Source: an uncultured Chloroflexia bacterium (lineage in GTDB: Bacteria; Chloroflexota; Limnocylindria; Limnocylindrales; CSP1-4). From it: a stretch of 64,000 nucleotides of DNA. The notes under the pieces are model-generated. The model did no database searches. It saw only the letters and a list, made by a program, of their open reading frames with translations, and was not told the origin of the DNA. Of this stretch, positions 43,695-53,695 are shown piece by piece; the first letter of the stretch is position 1, and each line of letters starts with the position of its first letter. The translations under genes and the position numbers were made by a program. The stretch covers positions 288,001 to 352,000 of the forward strand of contig CAVXPZ010000003.1 in the NCBI GenBank assembly GCA_963763775.1, written 5' to 3'.

Positions 43695-44930
43695 ATGACC
43701 GACGCCGTCACCGAACCGACCGCGGCACCGTTGGCGGTGCCGCCGCCTGCCGACCTCGAGGAACTCGGAGCGCGACTGAACGAGGATGTCGCGCGCCTGG
43801 ATTCCGAGCTCGGCGAGGTCGACCTCCTCGTCACGCAGGCCAAGACCGAGGCGGCGCGACACGAGACCCGGCGGACGGCGGCGGCCGACAAGCTCGCGGC
43901 GCTCTCCCGCGACGGTGCCCCGGCCGATGCGCTCGAAGCCAGCACGCAGCTCGTGAACCTCACCAGGCGGGCCGCCCTGATGGAGTCGCAGGTGGACGTC
44001 CTCGAGGGCAAGCGGCGGGCTCTGGCGCGTCACCGCGAGACCATCGCCGCGTACGCCGAGATCGTGGCCGCCATGGACCCGTCGACCGGCATCGCGGCCG
44101 CACCGGCACCGGGTGCCGCCAAGCCGGCGGCGAAGCGTCCGGCCGGGGACACCGCCGGGACGCCGCCCGCGGTCTCCAAGGCCGTCCTGTCCGGCCAGGA
44201 GGACCTCCGCCGCGAGATCGCGCGGGCGATGCACGACGGACCCGCCCAGAGCCTGACGAACATCGTCCTGCAGGCCCAGATCGTGGAACGCCTCGTCACC
44301 AAGGACCCGGTGCTGGCGCAGGGCGAGGTCCGCCAGCTCGTCGCGATGGTCCAGCAGACCCTCGAAGCGACCAAGACCTTCATCTTCGACGTGCGACCGA
44401 TGGTGCTCGACGACCTCGGGCTCGTCCCGACACTGCGGCGGGCCGCGCGCGAGCGTGGCCAACGGGCCGGCATCAGCATCGAGTTCGAGTCGCTCGGCCA
44501 GGACCGCCGACTCTCGATGGACCTCGAGAGCGGGCTGTTCCGGATCCTCGACGAGGCGCTCGTCGCCTATCTCGAGCGATCACCCGATCAGCTGTCCCTC
44601 CGGATCGACTGGACGCCCGAGCACGTCGAGGCGCACGTCATCGCGGCGCGCAACGCCAAGGCGGGTGGCGCGGCCGAGCCGGCGCCCGTGGCGGCTCCCG
44701 TCGAGGGCAAGGACCTCCCGCCGGCCCTCGCGGCCATGATGGAGGACCGCCGCGCGGACGCCCGCGACGCCGCCGAGGCCGCCCGCAAGGAGGCGATCGT
44801 CGCGCTGCCACCGACCGCCTGGCGCGAGATCCAGAGCCGCGCGGCCATGATCGGGGCCACCGTCGAGCTCCAGGCGGAGGGCGCCGAGCTCCATCTCGTG
44901 GTCGAGGCACCCGCCGACGCCGAGGGGTGA
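43695..44930 (+). CDS. DegS-like histidine kinase paralog with degenerate ATPase domain
   Basis: Coiled coil, REIARAMHDGPAQ, RPMVLDDLGL; N and G boxes not recognisable. Confidence 0.8.
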   Translation: MTDAVTEPTAAPLAVPPPADLEELGARLNEDVARLDSELGEVDLLVTQAKTEAARHETRRTAAADKLAALSRDGAPADALEASTQLVNLTRRAALMESQVDVLEGKRRALARHRETIAAYAEIVAAMDPSTGIAAAPAPGAAKPAAKRPAGDTAGTPPAVSKAVLSGQEDLRREIARAMHDGPAQSLTNIVLQAQIVERLVTKDPVLAQGEVRQLVAMVQQTLEATKTFIFDVRPMVLDDLGLVPTLRRAARERGQRAGISIEFESLGQDRRLSMDLESGLFRILDEALVAYLERSPDQLSLRIDWTPEHVEAHVIAARNAKAGGAAEPAPVAAPVEGKDLPPALAAMMEDRRADARDAAEAARKEAIVALPPTAWREIQSRAAMIGATVELQAEGAELHLVVEAPADAEG

Positions 44931-44931
44931 C

Positions 44932-45099
44932 GTGGCCGCTCGACGGCGACCGCTCGCCCAGGGGTTGGTCGAGTACGGACTGATCCTCGCCCTGACGGCG
45001 GTCTTCACCGTCCTGATCCTTGGCGTCTTCGGCGGCACCGTCGCCGACATCCTCGGCGTCATCGGCACGGCGATCGATGCGGCCACCGGTGGCTCCTGA
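44932..45099 (+). CDS. Divergent Flp-like pilin (55 aa)
   Basis: MAARRRPLAQGLVEYGLILALTAVFTVLILGVFGG...; GAGGGG RBS; below ORF-track cutoff. Confidence 0.75.
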   Translation: MAARRRPLAQGLVEYGLILALTAVFTVLILGVFGGTVADILGVIGTAIDAATGGS

Positions 45100-45231
45100 T
45101 GGTGTCCGGCCGCACACAGATGGGTCAGGGTCCCGTCAGTACCATCGCGCTAGTGTGTTCCGTGGAGCGTCCTTCATATATTGGCGCAGCCCTCGCATTT
45201 GGGGGTTGAGTACTCATCCAGGAGGCCACAC

Positions 45232-45414
45232 ATGGCGCTCATCACGGATCTCTACCTTCGAGTGGTCGACGCGCTCGACCGCGACGAGGACGGCCAGGGT
45301 CTGGCCGAGTACGCCCTGATCCTCGCGCTCATCGCGATCGTCGCGATCATCGCCCTGATCTTCCTGGGCGGCCAGGTCAGCAAGATCCTCAGCACCGTCG
45401 GCAACTCGGTCTAG
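45232..45414 (+). CDS. flp: Flp family type IVb pilin
   Basis: DEDGQGLAEYALILALIAIV; AGGAGG RBS. Confidence 0.93.
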   Translation: MALITDLYLRVVDALDRDEDGQGLAEYALILALIAIVAIIALIFLGGQVSKILSTVGNSV

Positions 45415-45437
45415 TACCGGGTCACCACCCAAGCGTT

Positions 45438-45474
45438 CGAGACCGCCGCACCCCTCGGGGTCGCGGCGGTCTCG
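45438..45474 (+). terminator. Hairpin after first flp
   Basis: CGAGACCGCCGC...GCGGCGGTCTCG. Confidence 0.65.
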
Positions 45475-45589
45475 GCATATCTGGGCGGAATAGGGATATT
45501 GGGACGGTTGACAGTGTTCACGGACCACACGTACCGTGACGCGGCCCCCGGCCAGTCCGGGGAGATCTGAAGAAAGGAGGTGTCCACCA

Positions 45590-45763
45590 ATGACGTCGTT
45601 CTACCTTCGAGTCATGGAGCTTATCGACCGTGACGAAGACGGCCAGGGTCTGGCCGAGTACGCCCTGATCCTCGCACTCATCGCGATCGTTGCGATCATC
45701 GCCCTGATCTTCCTGGGCGGCCAGGTCAGCAAGATCCTCAGCACCGTCGGCAACTCGGTCTAG
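45590..45763 (+). CDS. flp: Flp family type IVb pilin (mature part identical to previous)
   Basis: DEDGQGLAEY..; AAAGGAGGT RBS; TTGACA at 45508. Confidence 0.93.
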   Translation: MTSFYLRVMELIDRDEDGQGLAEYALILALIAIVAIIALIFLGGQVSKILSTVGNSV

Positions 45764-45788
45764 TACCGGGTCACCACTGACGTAGCGT

Positions 45789-45824
45789 CGAGACCGCCTT
45801 CGCCATATGGCGTCGGCGGTCTCG
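45789..45824 (+). terminator. Hairpin after second flp
   Basis: CGAGACCGCC...GGCGGTCTCG. Confidence 0.65.
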
Positions 45825-45981
45825 CCATTTCCCAGGTGGTGCGTGGACGCCGGGAACCGGACCTTTCGACCATTGACGCTCCCTCCACGCACCGTACTGT
45901 GGGGTCACCTTGAGCTACCGATCTCCGGTGCCTCGGGGTGTCGACACCACGAGTCCTGGCCGGAAAGGAGGTAAAGAGCAG

Positions 45982-46158
45982 ATGCATCCATGGACATCGA
46001 TCCAGCAGCTCCTGCGGTACGACCGCGACGATGCTGGACAAGGCCTCGCCGAGTACGCACTGATCCTTGCACTTATCGCCATCGTCGCCATCGTGGCCTT
46101 GCTGTACCTGGGTGGTCAGATCAGCGACAAGCTGAGCATCATCGGTAGCGCGATCTGA
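45982..46158 (+). CDS. flp: Flp family type IVb pilin
   Basis: DDAGQGLAEYALIL; AAAGGAGGT RBS; TTGACG 45873 and TACTGT 45895. Confidence 0.92.
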   Translation: MHPWTSIQQLLRYDRDDAGQGLAEYALILALIAIVAIVALLYLGGQISDKLSIIGSAI

Positions 46159-46436
46159 CGACCCGTCGCCTCGCGACCGAAACCCCACCGCTCGATGGAC
46201 GGCCCGCCGGGATCTCCCGGCGGGCCGTTCGCTGTCCATGAGCGCGGGTCGCGCCGTCGCCGCACCAAGCCGGCGCACCGGGCCGGAGGACTCGGCGAGC
46301 CACCTTGCGGCCGACCTTGCGTCAAGCGTGAAATCCTCCGCTTTCCTCCCAATGGTCCTAGCCCTTTCGTATAGTCGCGGGCGATTCGGGCGGTGCTACA
46401 GTGGTGCCACCTGTCACACGCCTCGGGGAGAAAAAC

Positions 46437-47360
46437 TTGAAGCGCTCTAATCGACTTGTCCTGCTCGTCGGGGTCTTCCTGGCGGTCGTGGCATTCATCG
46501 GGATCATCTTCCTGTCCAACGGCGGCGGAGGCGGCGAGATCAAAGCGCCGACCACCGGGCCGGTCGTGGTCGCGTCCGCGGACATCCCGCTGTCGACGCG
46601 AATCCGCGCGGACCAGGTGACCACGAAGACCGTGGACCTCACGGCCATCTCGGCCGGGGCCTTCACGGACACGTCCCAGGTCATCGGCAAGATCGCGCGT
46701 GAGCCGGTCGCGACCGGGGCGCAGATCACGTCGACCACCCTCAGCGGTGGCAACGCCGGGTCGATCCTCGACATCCAGGTCCCGGTGGGCCAGCGCGCGA
46801 TCGCGGTCCAGGTGGACCAGGTCACGGGCGTCGGCACGGTGATCCAGACCGGCGACTACGTCGACATGGTCATCGGCCTCCAGGGCGACAAGTTCCCCGT
46901 CATCACGGTCAACCCGGCCGACAACTCGGTCACGGTCGTGAGCGGCATCAACAGCACGAGCACCAAGCTCCTCCTGCAGGGCATGCAGGTGCTGGGCACG
47001 CTCCTGCCGCCCGCGGCCCAGGGCACGACGACCACGGACTCGAGCTCGGGCACGACCACGACCAACCCGGACGGCACGACCACCACGACGCCCCCGGCCA
47101 CGTCGCTCAACGGGCAGCAGCAGATCGTCGTCCTGTCGGTCACCCCGCAACAGGCCGAAGTCATCAAGTTCGCCCAGCTCGACTCTTCGATCAGCCTCAT
47201 CCTCCGCTCCGCGGACGACTTCATCGACCCGGTGACCGGTGAGGCCATCACCCCGCTGCCGGCCGACACGACCGGCGTCATCCTCAAGACCCTCGTCGAC
47301 ACCTACGGCGTCCTGCCGCCGGAAGTCGTCGAGACCGTGACCCCCGCCACCAAGAAGTAG
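46437..47360 (+). CDS. cpaB: Flp pilus assembly protein CpaB
   Basis: N-terminal TM, SAF domain (VVVASADIP), GQRAIAV..GVG..IQTGDYVD, VTPQQAE. Confidence 0.9.
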   Translation: MKRSNRLVLLVGVFLAVVAFIGIIFLSNGGGGGEIKAPTTGPVVVASADIPLSTRIRADQVTTKTVDLTAISAGAFTDTSQVIGKIAREPVATGAQITSTTLSGGNAGSILDIQVPVGQRAIAVQVDQVTGVGTVIQTGDYVDMVIGLQGDKFPVITVNPADNSVTVVSGINSTSTKLLLQGMQVLGTLLPPAAQGTTTTDSSSGTTTTNPDGTTTTTPPATSLNGQQQIVVLSVTPQQAEVIKFAQLDSSISLILRSADDFIDPVTGEAITPLPADTTGVILKTLVDTYGVLPPEVVETVTPATKK

Positions 47361-47500
47361 CCGGTTCGGCCGACCCTCGGCCGGACCACTCTCCCCGAGC
47401 CAAGACGCGACGGGCGCGACGGACCGCTCCAGGTCCCGCGCTCGTCGTGGTCCCGGCTCCCCGATCCGCGACCCTCCCACCGATTGGAACCCAGATCGAG

Positions 47501-48757
47501 ATGACCGACCAGATCCGCGTCCTCGTCGTCGACGACATCCCCGAGACCCGCGACCATCTGTCGAAGCTCCTGAGCTTCGAGAGCGATATCGACGTGGTCG
47601 GTTCGGCGGCCTCCGGACGTGAAGCCCTCGAGATGGCCGGCACCCTCCTCCCGGATGTCGTCCTGATGGACATCAACATGCCGGACATGGACGGCATCGC
47701 CGCCACCGAGCAGCTGTCGGCCACCGTGCCGTCCGCGGCCGTGGTCATGATGTCGGTCCAGGGCGAGGCGGACTACCTCCGCCGCTCGATGCTCGCCGGA
47801 GCGCGCGAGTTCCTCGTGAAGCCCTTCAGCTCGGACGAGCTGACGTCTTCGATCCGACAGGTCTATGCGCGAGAGCGCGACAAGCAGAGCCGCATGGCCC
47901 CGGTCGCCGCCCCGGCGGCACCGGTCCCGCCGTCGGCGAGCGGCGCCCCGGGCGATCCCGGCCTCGTCGTCGCCGTCTTCAGCCCGAAGGGCGGCGTCGG
48001 CCGCACGACCGTCGCGGTCAATCTCGCCGTCGCCGCCGCCACCGAGCTCGGCAAGCGCGTCGTGATCGTCGACGGCTCGTTCCAGTTCGGCGACGTCGGC
48101 GTGCTGCTCAACCTGAACCCGAAGGGCAAGTCGATCGCGGACCTGGCTCCCGAGCTCGAAGCCGGTGAGGTCGAGTCGCTCGACAGCTTCGTCATCAACC
48201 ATTCGGCCGGCGTGCGCGTCCTCCTGGCGCCCCCGAGCCCCGAGATGGCCGAGCTCATCACCCCGACCGGGATCCGCAAGGTCATCGAGGGCCTGCGCCG
48301 CGACCACGACCTGGTCGTCGTGGACTGCACGGCCTACTTCAACGACACCACCCTGGCCATCCTCGACGCCGCGGACATCATCCTCACGATGCTCAGCCTC
48401 GAGATCACCAGCATCAAGAACATGCGCTTGTTCCTCGAAGTGGCCGACCAGCTCGGCTACGAGAGCAGCAAGGTGCGCCTGGTCCTCAACCGGGCGGACT
48501 CGACGCTCGGCATCCGCGTCGCGGACGTCGAGCACTCGATCGGGCGCAAGGTCGACGAGACGATCGTCAGCGACGGTCGGAGCGTTGTGTACGCGCTCAA
48601 TCGTGGCGTACCGTTCTTCCTGTCGAACAAGGAGGCGCAGGTGTCGCAGGACATCCTCCGCCTCGCCCGCACGGTCGTCGGCGACCGGGCGAGTATCGCT
48701 ACCGCCGACGACAAGGCGAAAGCCACCCAGAAGAAGTCACTGTTCTCATTCCGATGA
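47501..48757 (+). CDS. cpaE: CpaE/TadZ: receiver domain + MinD-like ATPase
   Basis: VDD..VLMDINMP..VKPF; SPKGGVGRTT; QFGDV. Confidence 0.9.
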   Translation: MTDQIRVLVVDDIPETRDHLSKLLSFESDIDVVGSAASGREALEMAGTLLPDVVLMDINMPDMDGIAATEQLSATVPSAAVVMMSVQGEADYLRRSMLAGAREFLVKPFSSDELTSSIRQVYARERDKQSRMAPVAAPAAPVPPSASGAPGDPGLVVAVFSPKGGVGRTTVAVNLAVAAATELGKRVVIVDGSFQFGDVGVLLNLNPKGKSIADLAPELEAGEVESLDSFVINHSAGVRVLLAPPSPEMAELITPTGIRKVIEGLRRDHDLVVVDCTAYFNDTTLAILDAADIILTMLSLEITSIKNMRLFLEVADQLGYESSKVRLVLNRADSTLGIRVADVEHSIGRKVDETIVSDGRSVVYALNRGVPFFLSNKEAQVSQDILRLARTVVGDRASIATADDKAKATQKKSLFSFR

Positions 48758-48801
48758 CCACCGTCGTAGCGAGCCCCCTGGGGCGAGAAGGGGTATAGGC
48801 G

Positions 48802-50217
48802 ATGTCCCTCCTGAAGCGGATCGAGAGTGCTCGTCCAGGGTCCAGCGGGGCCCCGGAGAGCCAGCCCGGCGCGCCCGGTTCCAACCTGCCGGCGGTGCCG
48901 GGAGGTCCACCCGCGGGTGCCCCGACGTCGCCAAGGCTGACCAGCCAGGCGCCGGCGCGGGAATCGTTCCGGGACGTCAAGTTCCGGATCCAGAACCGCG
49001 TCATCCAGGACCTGGACCCGAAGCTCGACCTGTCCAACCAGGTCGAGGTCCGGCGCCAGATCGAGGAGATCTTCGGCAAGGTCATCGACGAGGAAGGCCT
49101 CGCCCTGACCCGCGCCGAGCGCGTCCGGATGCTCGAGCAGATCACGGACGAGATCATCGGTCTCGGCCCGCTGGAGCCGCTCCTGCGCGATGAGTCCATC
49201 ACCGAGGTGATGGTCAACGGGCCTCGCCAGGTCTACATCGAACGCTCGGGCAAGCTCGAGCTGACCAACGTCGTGTTCCAGAACGACGACCACGTGATGC
49301 GGATCATCGACCGGATCATCGCCCCGATCGGTCGCCGCGTCGACGAGTCCAGCCCGATGGTCGACGCCCGTCTGACCGACGGCTCGCGCGTCAACGCGAT
49401 CATCCCGCCGCTCTCGCTGGTCGGCCCGGTCATCACGATCCGGAAGTTCTCCGCGTCGCCCTTCACCGTCGACGATCTCATCCGCTTCGGGACCGCGACG
49501 GCCGACATGTTCGACTTCCTGCGCGCCTGCGTGGAAGCTCGCCTGAACATCTTCGTGTCCGGCGGCACGGGCTCCGGCAAGACCACGACCCTCAACGTCC
49601 TCTCCTCGTTCATCCCGAACGACGAGCGGATCGTCACGATCGAGGACGCGGCCGAGCTCCAGCTCCGCCAGGAGCACGTGGTCACGCTCGAGTCGCGGCC
49701 GCCGAACATCGAAGGCAAGGGCGCGATCCCGATCCGCGAGCTCGTGCGCAACGCCCTGCGGATGCGGCCCGACCGCATCATCGTCGGGGAGTGCCGTTCG
49801 GGCGAGGCCCTGGACATGCTCCAGGCCATGAACACCGGCCACGACGGTTCGATGTCGACCGGTCACGCCAACAGTCCGCGCGACATGCTGTCGCGCCTCG
49901 AGACGATGGTCCTCATGGCCGGCGTCGACCTGCCCCTGCGGGCCATCCGCGAGCAGGTCGCCTCGGCCGTCGACCTCATCGTGCAGCAGAGCCGGCTCAA
50001 GGACGGCACCCGCAAGATCGTGAACATCACCGAGGTCCAGGGCATGGAGGGTGATGTGATCGTCATGCAGGACGTCTTCGTCTTCGAGCAGACCGGCGTC
50101 GTCGAGGGCAAGATCCAGGGCCGGCTGAAGCCGACCGGGATCCGGCCCAAGTTCGTGGAGAAGTTCGAGGTCATGGGCATCAACCTGCCGCCTGGCCTGT
50201 TCGGCTTCACGTACTAG
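48802..50217 (+). CDS. tadA: Tad secretion ATPase
   Basis: GLGPLEPLL, GGTGSGKTT, LRMRPDRIIVGE, AMNTGHDGS. Confidence 0.96.
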   Translation: MSLLKRIESARPGSSGAPESQPGAPGSNLPAVPGGPPAGAPTSPRLTSQAPARESFRDVKFRIQNRVIQDLDPKLDLSNQVEVRRQIEEIFGKVIDEEGLALTRAERVRMLEQITDEIIGLGPLEPLLRDESITEVMVNGPRQVYIERSGKLELTNVVFQNDDHVMRIIDRIIAPIGRRVDESSPMVDARLTDGSRVNAIIPPLSLVGPVITIRKFSASPFTVDDLIRFGTATADMFDFLRACVEARLNIFVSGGTGSGKTTTLNVLSSFIPNDERIVTIEDAAELQLRQEHVVTLESRPPNIEGKGAIPIRELVRNALRMRPDRIIVGECRSGEALDMLQAMNTGHDGSMSTGHANSPRDMLSRLETMVLMAGVDLPLRAIREQVASAVDLIVQQSRLKDGTRKIVNITEVQGMEGDVIVMQDVFVFEQTGVVEGKIQGRLKPTGIRPKFVEKFEVMGINLPPGLFGFTY

Positions 50218-50239
50218 GCAGCGGAAGGAGCTAACGCCC

Positions 50240-51253
50240 GTGGACCCCATGACGCTCGCGATCGCAGGTGTCGCCGCTCTGGCGATCCTGTTCATCGCGT
50301 TCGGCGTCGCGACCTCGGGCGGATCGGGGATCTCCGACCGCCTCGAGCGCTACGCCTCGACCAAACCGCAGGAAAAGAAGTCCTCCTCCTCCGGGCAGGG
50401 GAACCTCGGCGACCTGATCACCCAGAGCGCCACGCTCGCGAGCCTGAACAAGGTCGTCGAGCAGCGCGACTTCGGCGCCAACCTCTCGCGGGAGATCGCG
50501 CGCGCCGACCTCAAGCTCAAGCCATCCGAGTACATCCTCATCTGGATCGGCACCACCATCGGCGTGCCGGTCGGGATGTTCCTCCTCTCGGTCTTCCTGC
50601 CGACGCTCGGCAACCCGATCTTCCTGCTCATCGGCGCACTCGTCGGTTTCTTCATCCCTCGCTTCTGGCTCAGCCGCCGCAAGAGCGGCCGACTGAATTC
50701 CTTCAACAAGCAGCTGCCGGACACGATCACCCTGATCGCGAACGCCCTGCGCGCTGGTTCGTCGTTCCTGCAGGCCATCGAGCTCGTCGTTCGCGAGTCC
50801 CGGCCGCCGATCTCCACGGAGTTCGGCCGGGTCATCCGCGAGGTCAACCTCGGCCTGCCGTTCGACCAGGCGCTCGAGAACATGGTCCGGCGCGTCCGGT
50901 CCGACGATCTCGAGCTGATGGCCACGGCCATCTCGATCCAGCACCAGGTCGGCGGCAACCTCGCCGAGATCCTCGACTCGATCGCGTACACGATCCGCGA
51001 GCGAGTCCGCATCAAGGGCGAGATCCGGACGCTGACGGCGCAGCAGCGACTGTCGGGCTACGTGGTCGGCTTCCTGCCGATCGGTCTGGCCGGCTTCCTG
51101 TTCATCGCGGCCCCGGGATTCATGACCCCGATGTTCCAGCGACCTCCCGAGCTCATCGGGCTCCCGGGTGGCGTGATCATCCTCATCATCGGTGGCGTGA
51201 TGATGTTCATCGGGTTCATGTTCATCCGCAAGATCGTCGACATCGAGGTCTAG
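50240..51253 (+). CDS. tadB: TadB (T2SS F family)
   Basis: QLPDTI..LRAGSS, VGGNLAEILD..IRER. Confidence 0.92.
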   Translation: MDPMTLAIAGVAALAILFIAFGVATSGGSGISDRLERYASTKPQEKKSSSSGQGNLGDLITQSATLASLNKVVEQRDFGANLSREIARADLKLKPSEYILIWIGTTIGVPVGMFLLSVFLPTLGNPIFLLIGALVGFFIPRFWLSRRKSGRLNSFNKQLPDTITLIANALRAGSSFLQAIELVVRESRPPISTEFGRVIREVNLGLPFDQALENMVRRVRSDDLELMATAISIQHQVGGNLAEILDSIAYTIRERVRIKGEIRTLTAQQRLSGYVVGFLPIGLAGFLFIAAPGFMTPMFQRPPELIGLPGGVIILIIGGVMMFIGFMFIRKIVDIEV

Positions 51254-51257
51254 CCCG

Positions 51258-52190
51258 ATGGAACCCACGACCCTCATCCTGGCTGCGATCGCGGCCGGTG
51301 CCATCCTCCTGATCTTCCTCGGGTTGAGCGGCGATTCCGCCGTCGACCCGGTCCAGGCCCGCTTGACCCAGCTCGGGTCCATGCAGGCGAAGAACCTCGA
51401 GGAACTCGAGCTCCAGCAGCCGTTCCTCGAGCGGACCATGCGCCCGCTCGCGACCCGACTCTCGGGCAGCGTCGCACGCGTCACGAGTTCGTCGTTCTCC
51501 GATCGGACCGAGAAGCGCCTGGCCCTGGCCGGCAACCCCGGCGACCTCCGCGTCGCCGACTGGCTCGGCATCAAGGCCATCGGCGCGATCGTCGGCGCGA
51601 TCATCTTCTTCCTGCTGTTCGTCGTCGCCGGCGTGCTCGGGTTCCCGTTCTTCATCGGGCTCGTCATGACCGCCGTCGGCGGCCTGTTCGGCTACACCGT
51701 CCCGGAGTTCTGGCTCGGCCGCAAAGTGCGGGCTCGCCAGAAGGCCATCCTGCTGATGATCCCGGACTCGCTCGACCTGCTGACGATCTCCGTCCGCGCC
51801 GGCCTCGGCTTCGATGCCGCGCTGTCGCGGGTGGTGGAGAAGCTCGGTGGTCCGCTGAGCGACGAGTTCCGCCGGGCGCTGGCCGAGGTCCGCGTCGGCA
51901 AGGCTCGCCGAGAAGCGCTGCGGGACATCGTCCCCCGCACCGAAGTCCCGCCGCTGACCAACTTCATCGGCGCGATCATCCAGGCCGAGCAGCTCGGCGT
52001 CTCGATCTCGAAGGTGCTCCAGGTCCAGTCCGAGCAGCTCCGCATCGAGCGCCGCCAGCGCGCCGAGGAACAGGCCGCGAAGGCGCCGATCAAGATGCTG
52101 TTCCCGCTCGTCGGGTGCATCTTCCCGTCGCTGTTCATCGTCATCCTCGGGCCGGCCATCATCCTGATCATCCAGAACCTCGCGGTCTGA
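51258..52190 (+). CDS. tadC: TadC (T2SS F family)
   Basis: PDSLDLL..AGLGFD, QAEQLG, AEEQAAKAPIKMLFPL. Confidence 0.92.
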   Translation: MEPTTLILAAIAAGAILLIFLGLSGDSAVDPVQARLTQLGSMQAKNLEELELQQPFLERTMRPLATRLSGSVARVTSSSFSDRTEKRLALAGNPGDLRVADWLGIKAIGAIVGAIIFFLLFVVAGVLGFPFFIGLVMTAVGGLFGYTVPEFWLGRKVRARQKAILLMIPDSLDLLTISVRAGLGFDAALSRVVEKLGGPLSDEFRRALAEVRVGKARREALRDIVPRTEVPPLTNFIGAIIQAEQLGVSISKVLQVQSEQLRIERRQRAEEQAAKAPIKMLFPLVGCIFPSLFIVILGPAIILIIQNLAV

Positions 52191-52205
52191 CGCCGGGTGG
52201 CCGGG

Positions 52206-52628
52206 ATGGTCGCCCGCAACGTCACTCGAGGGGCCACGCTGGCCACCGACCTCGAGGTCGCGGCCGGGCTCTGGGGCAAGTTCATGGGCCTCATGGGTCG
52301 TCGCTCGCTTCCCGCGGGCGGCGGCCTCTGGCTGCCCGAGAGCAACGGCATCCACATGATGTTCATGCGGTTCCCGATCGACGCCGTGTTCGTCGGGCGC
52401 CCGGGGGTTGCCGCGGGGGCGGCGGGTGCGGGGGCGGGCGCGGGCGCGGCGGGGGCGGCGGGTTCGGATGCCGCTGGCGCCCGGGTCGTGATCTCCGTCC
52501 ACCCCGGCCTGCGCGCCTGGACCGGCCTTGTCCCGCTCGTTCGCGGCGCACACGGCGTGCTGGAGCTCCCGATCGGCACGATCGAGCGTACCGGCACCGC
52601 CGTCGGCGACCTCATCACGCTCGAGTAG
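52206..52628 (+). CDS. DUF192 family protein with Gly/Ala insertion
   Basis: GLMGR..IHMMFMRFPIDAVF..VLELP.G. Confidence 0.82.
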   Translation: MVARNVTRGATLATDLEVAAGLWGKFMGLMGRRSLPAGGGLWLPESNGIHMMFMRFPIDAVFVGRPGVAAGAAGAGAGAGAAGAAGSDAAGARVVISVHPGLRAWTGLVPLVRGAHGVLELPIGTIERTGTAVGDLITLE

Positions 52629-52972
52629 CGCGCCGCGCTATCGTCGGCCGGGCCCATCGTGTTCGGACCGTGCCACGCGCCGCTCCAGCGCCCGATCGCT
52701 CCCCCGGCTTATCGCCTAGTCACCAGCCGACCCTGTGCTCGCAAGGCCGTCGACCGGCGCGTGCAGCATCCCGACGAACAGGGCCGCTGACAGTCACCAC
52801 ATGACTGACGGCAGGCGATCCATGCCAGGAACCCGGGCCGGACTATCGACGACGGCCTTAGCACGCACCTGGTGACTCAGGGCCGGATCCCGCATCGCCG
52901 CCCGATCCCACCCAACGGCCGGCCCGTGACGAGATAAGCCGTGGGTGAGGCGCGCCATCCATCCATCCGCTG

Positions 52973-53692
52973 ATGGAGGCCGATACGACTCGCCCGACTT
53001 GTCGCTGCCGTCCGTCGTGAGAAACGCTGGCGGCAGGTCGATCTCGCGCGCGTCGCACACGTCAGCCAATCGATGGTCTCGAGATTGGAACGCGGACGGA
53101 TCGACGGCATGACCATCGGTGCGATCGCTCGGATCACCCGTGCGCTGGACATCGATCTCCGTCTCGACGCTCGATGGCGCGGTGGGCAGGGCGACCGGCT
53201 CGATCGACCGAGAGCACGCGTCGCTCGTCGAGCATGTCGTCGCGATCGCTGCGTCGCTACGGCTGGGAGACGGCCGTCGAGTTCACCTTCAACCACTTCG
53301 GCGAGCGTGGTTCTGTCGACGTCCTCGCGTTTCACGCCGCCGCGAGGGTCCTGCTGATCGTCGAAGTGAAGTCGCGGCTCACGGACCTCCAGGCGTTCCT
53401 TGCATCGTTCGGACGCAAGGTCCGTCTCGTGCCCGGGCTGGTCACGAACGGAGCTCGGTTGGGACAGCGGCGCGTCGGGTCGGCTGCTCGTCGTCATGGA
53501 CACGAAGGGCAACCGGGCCGTGGTTCGGCGACATCCGACCACTTCGCCACGGAGTTGCCCGGGCGATCCGCGGAGGTCACGCGCTGGCTCCGGGATCCGG
53601 ACGGACCGATCGCCGCCATCTGGTTCGTGGAGCTCGGAATGCGAGCCAAGGCGCACGAAGCCGGAACGTGTCCACCGCCGACGCTCGGCTGA
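52973..53692 (+). CDS. XRE HTH + PD-(D/E)xK nuclease-like protein (frameshifted)
   Basis: WRQVDLA..SQSMVSRLERG HTH; GERGSVDVLAF..LLIVEVKS. Confidence 0.65.
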
Positions 53693-53695
53693 TCC

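Noticed and set aside
47303-50295. Long antisense ORFs (also 2135..3043, 59059..60765 and many others)
   Set aside because: Shadow frames of well-supported genes, expected in high-GC DNA.
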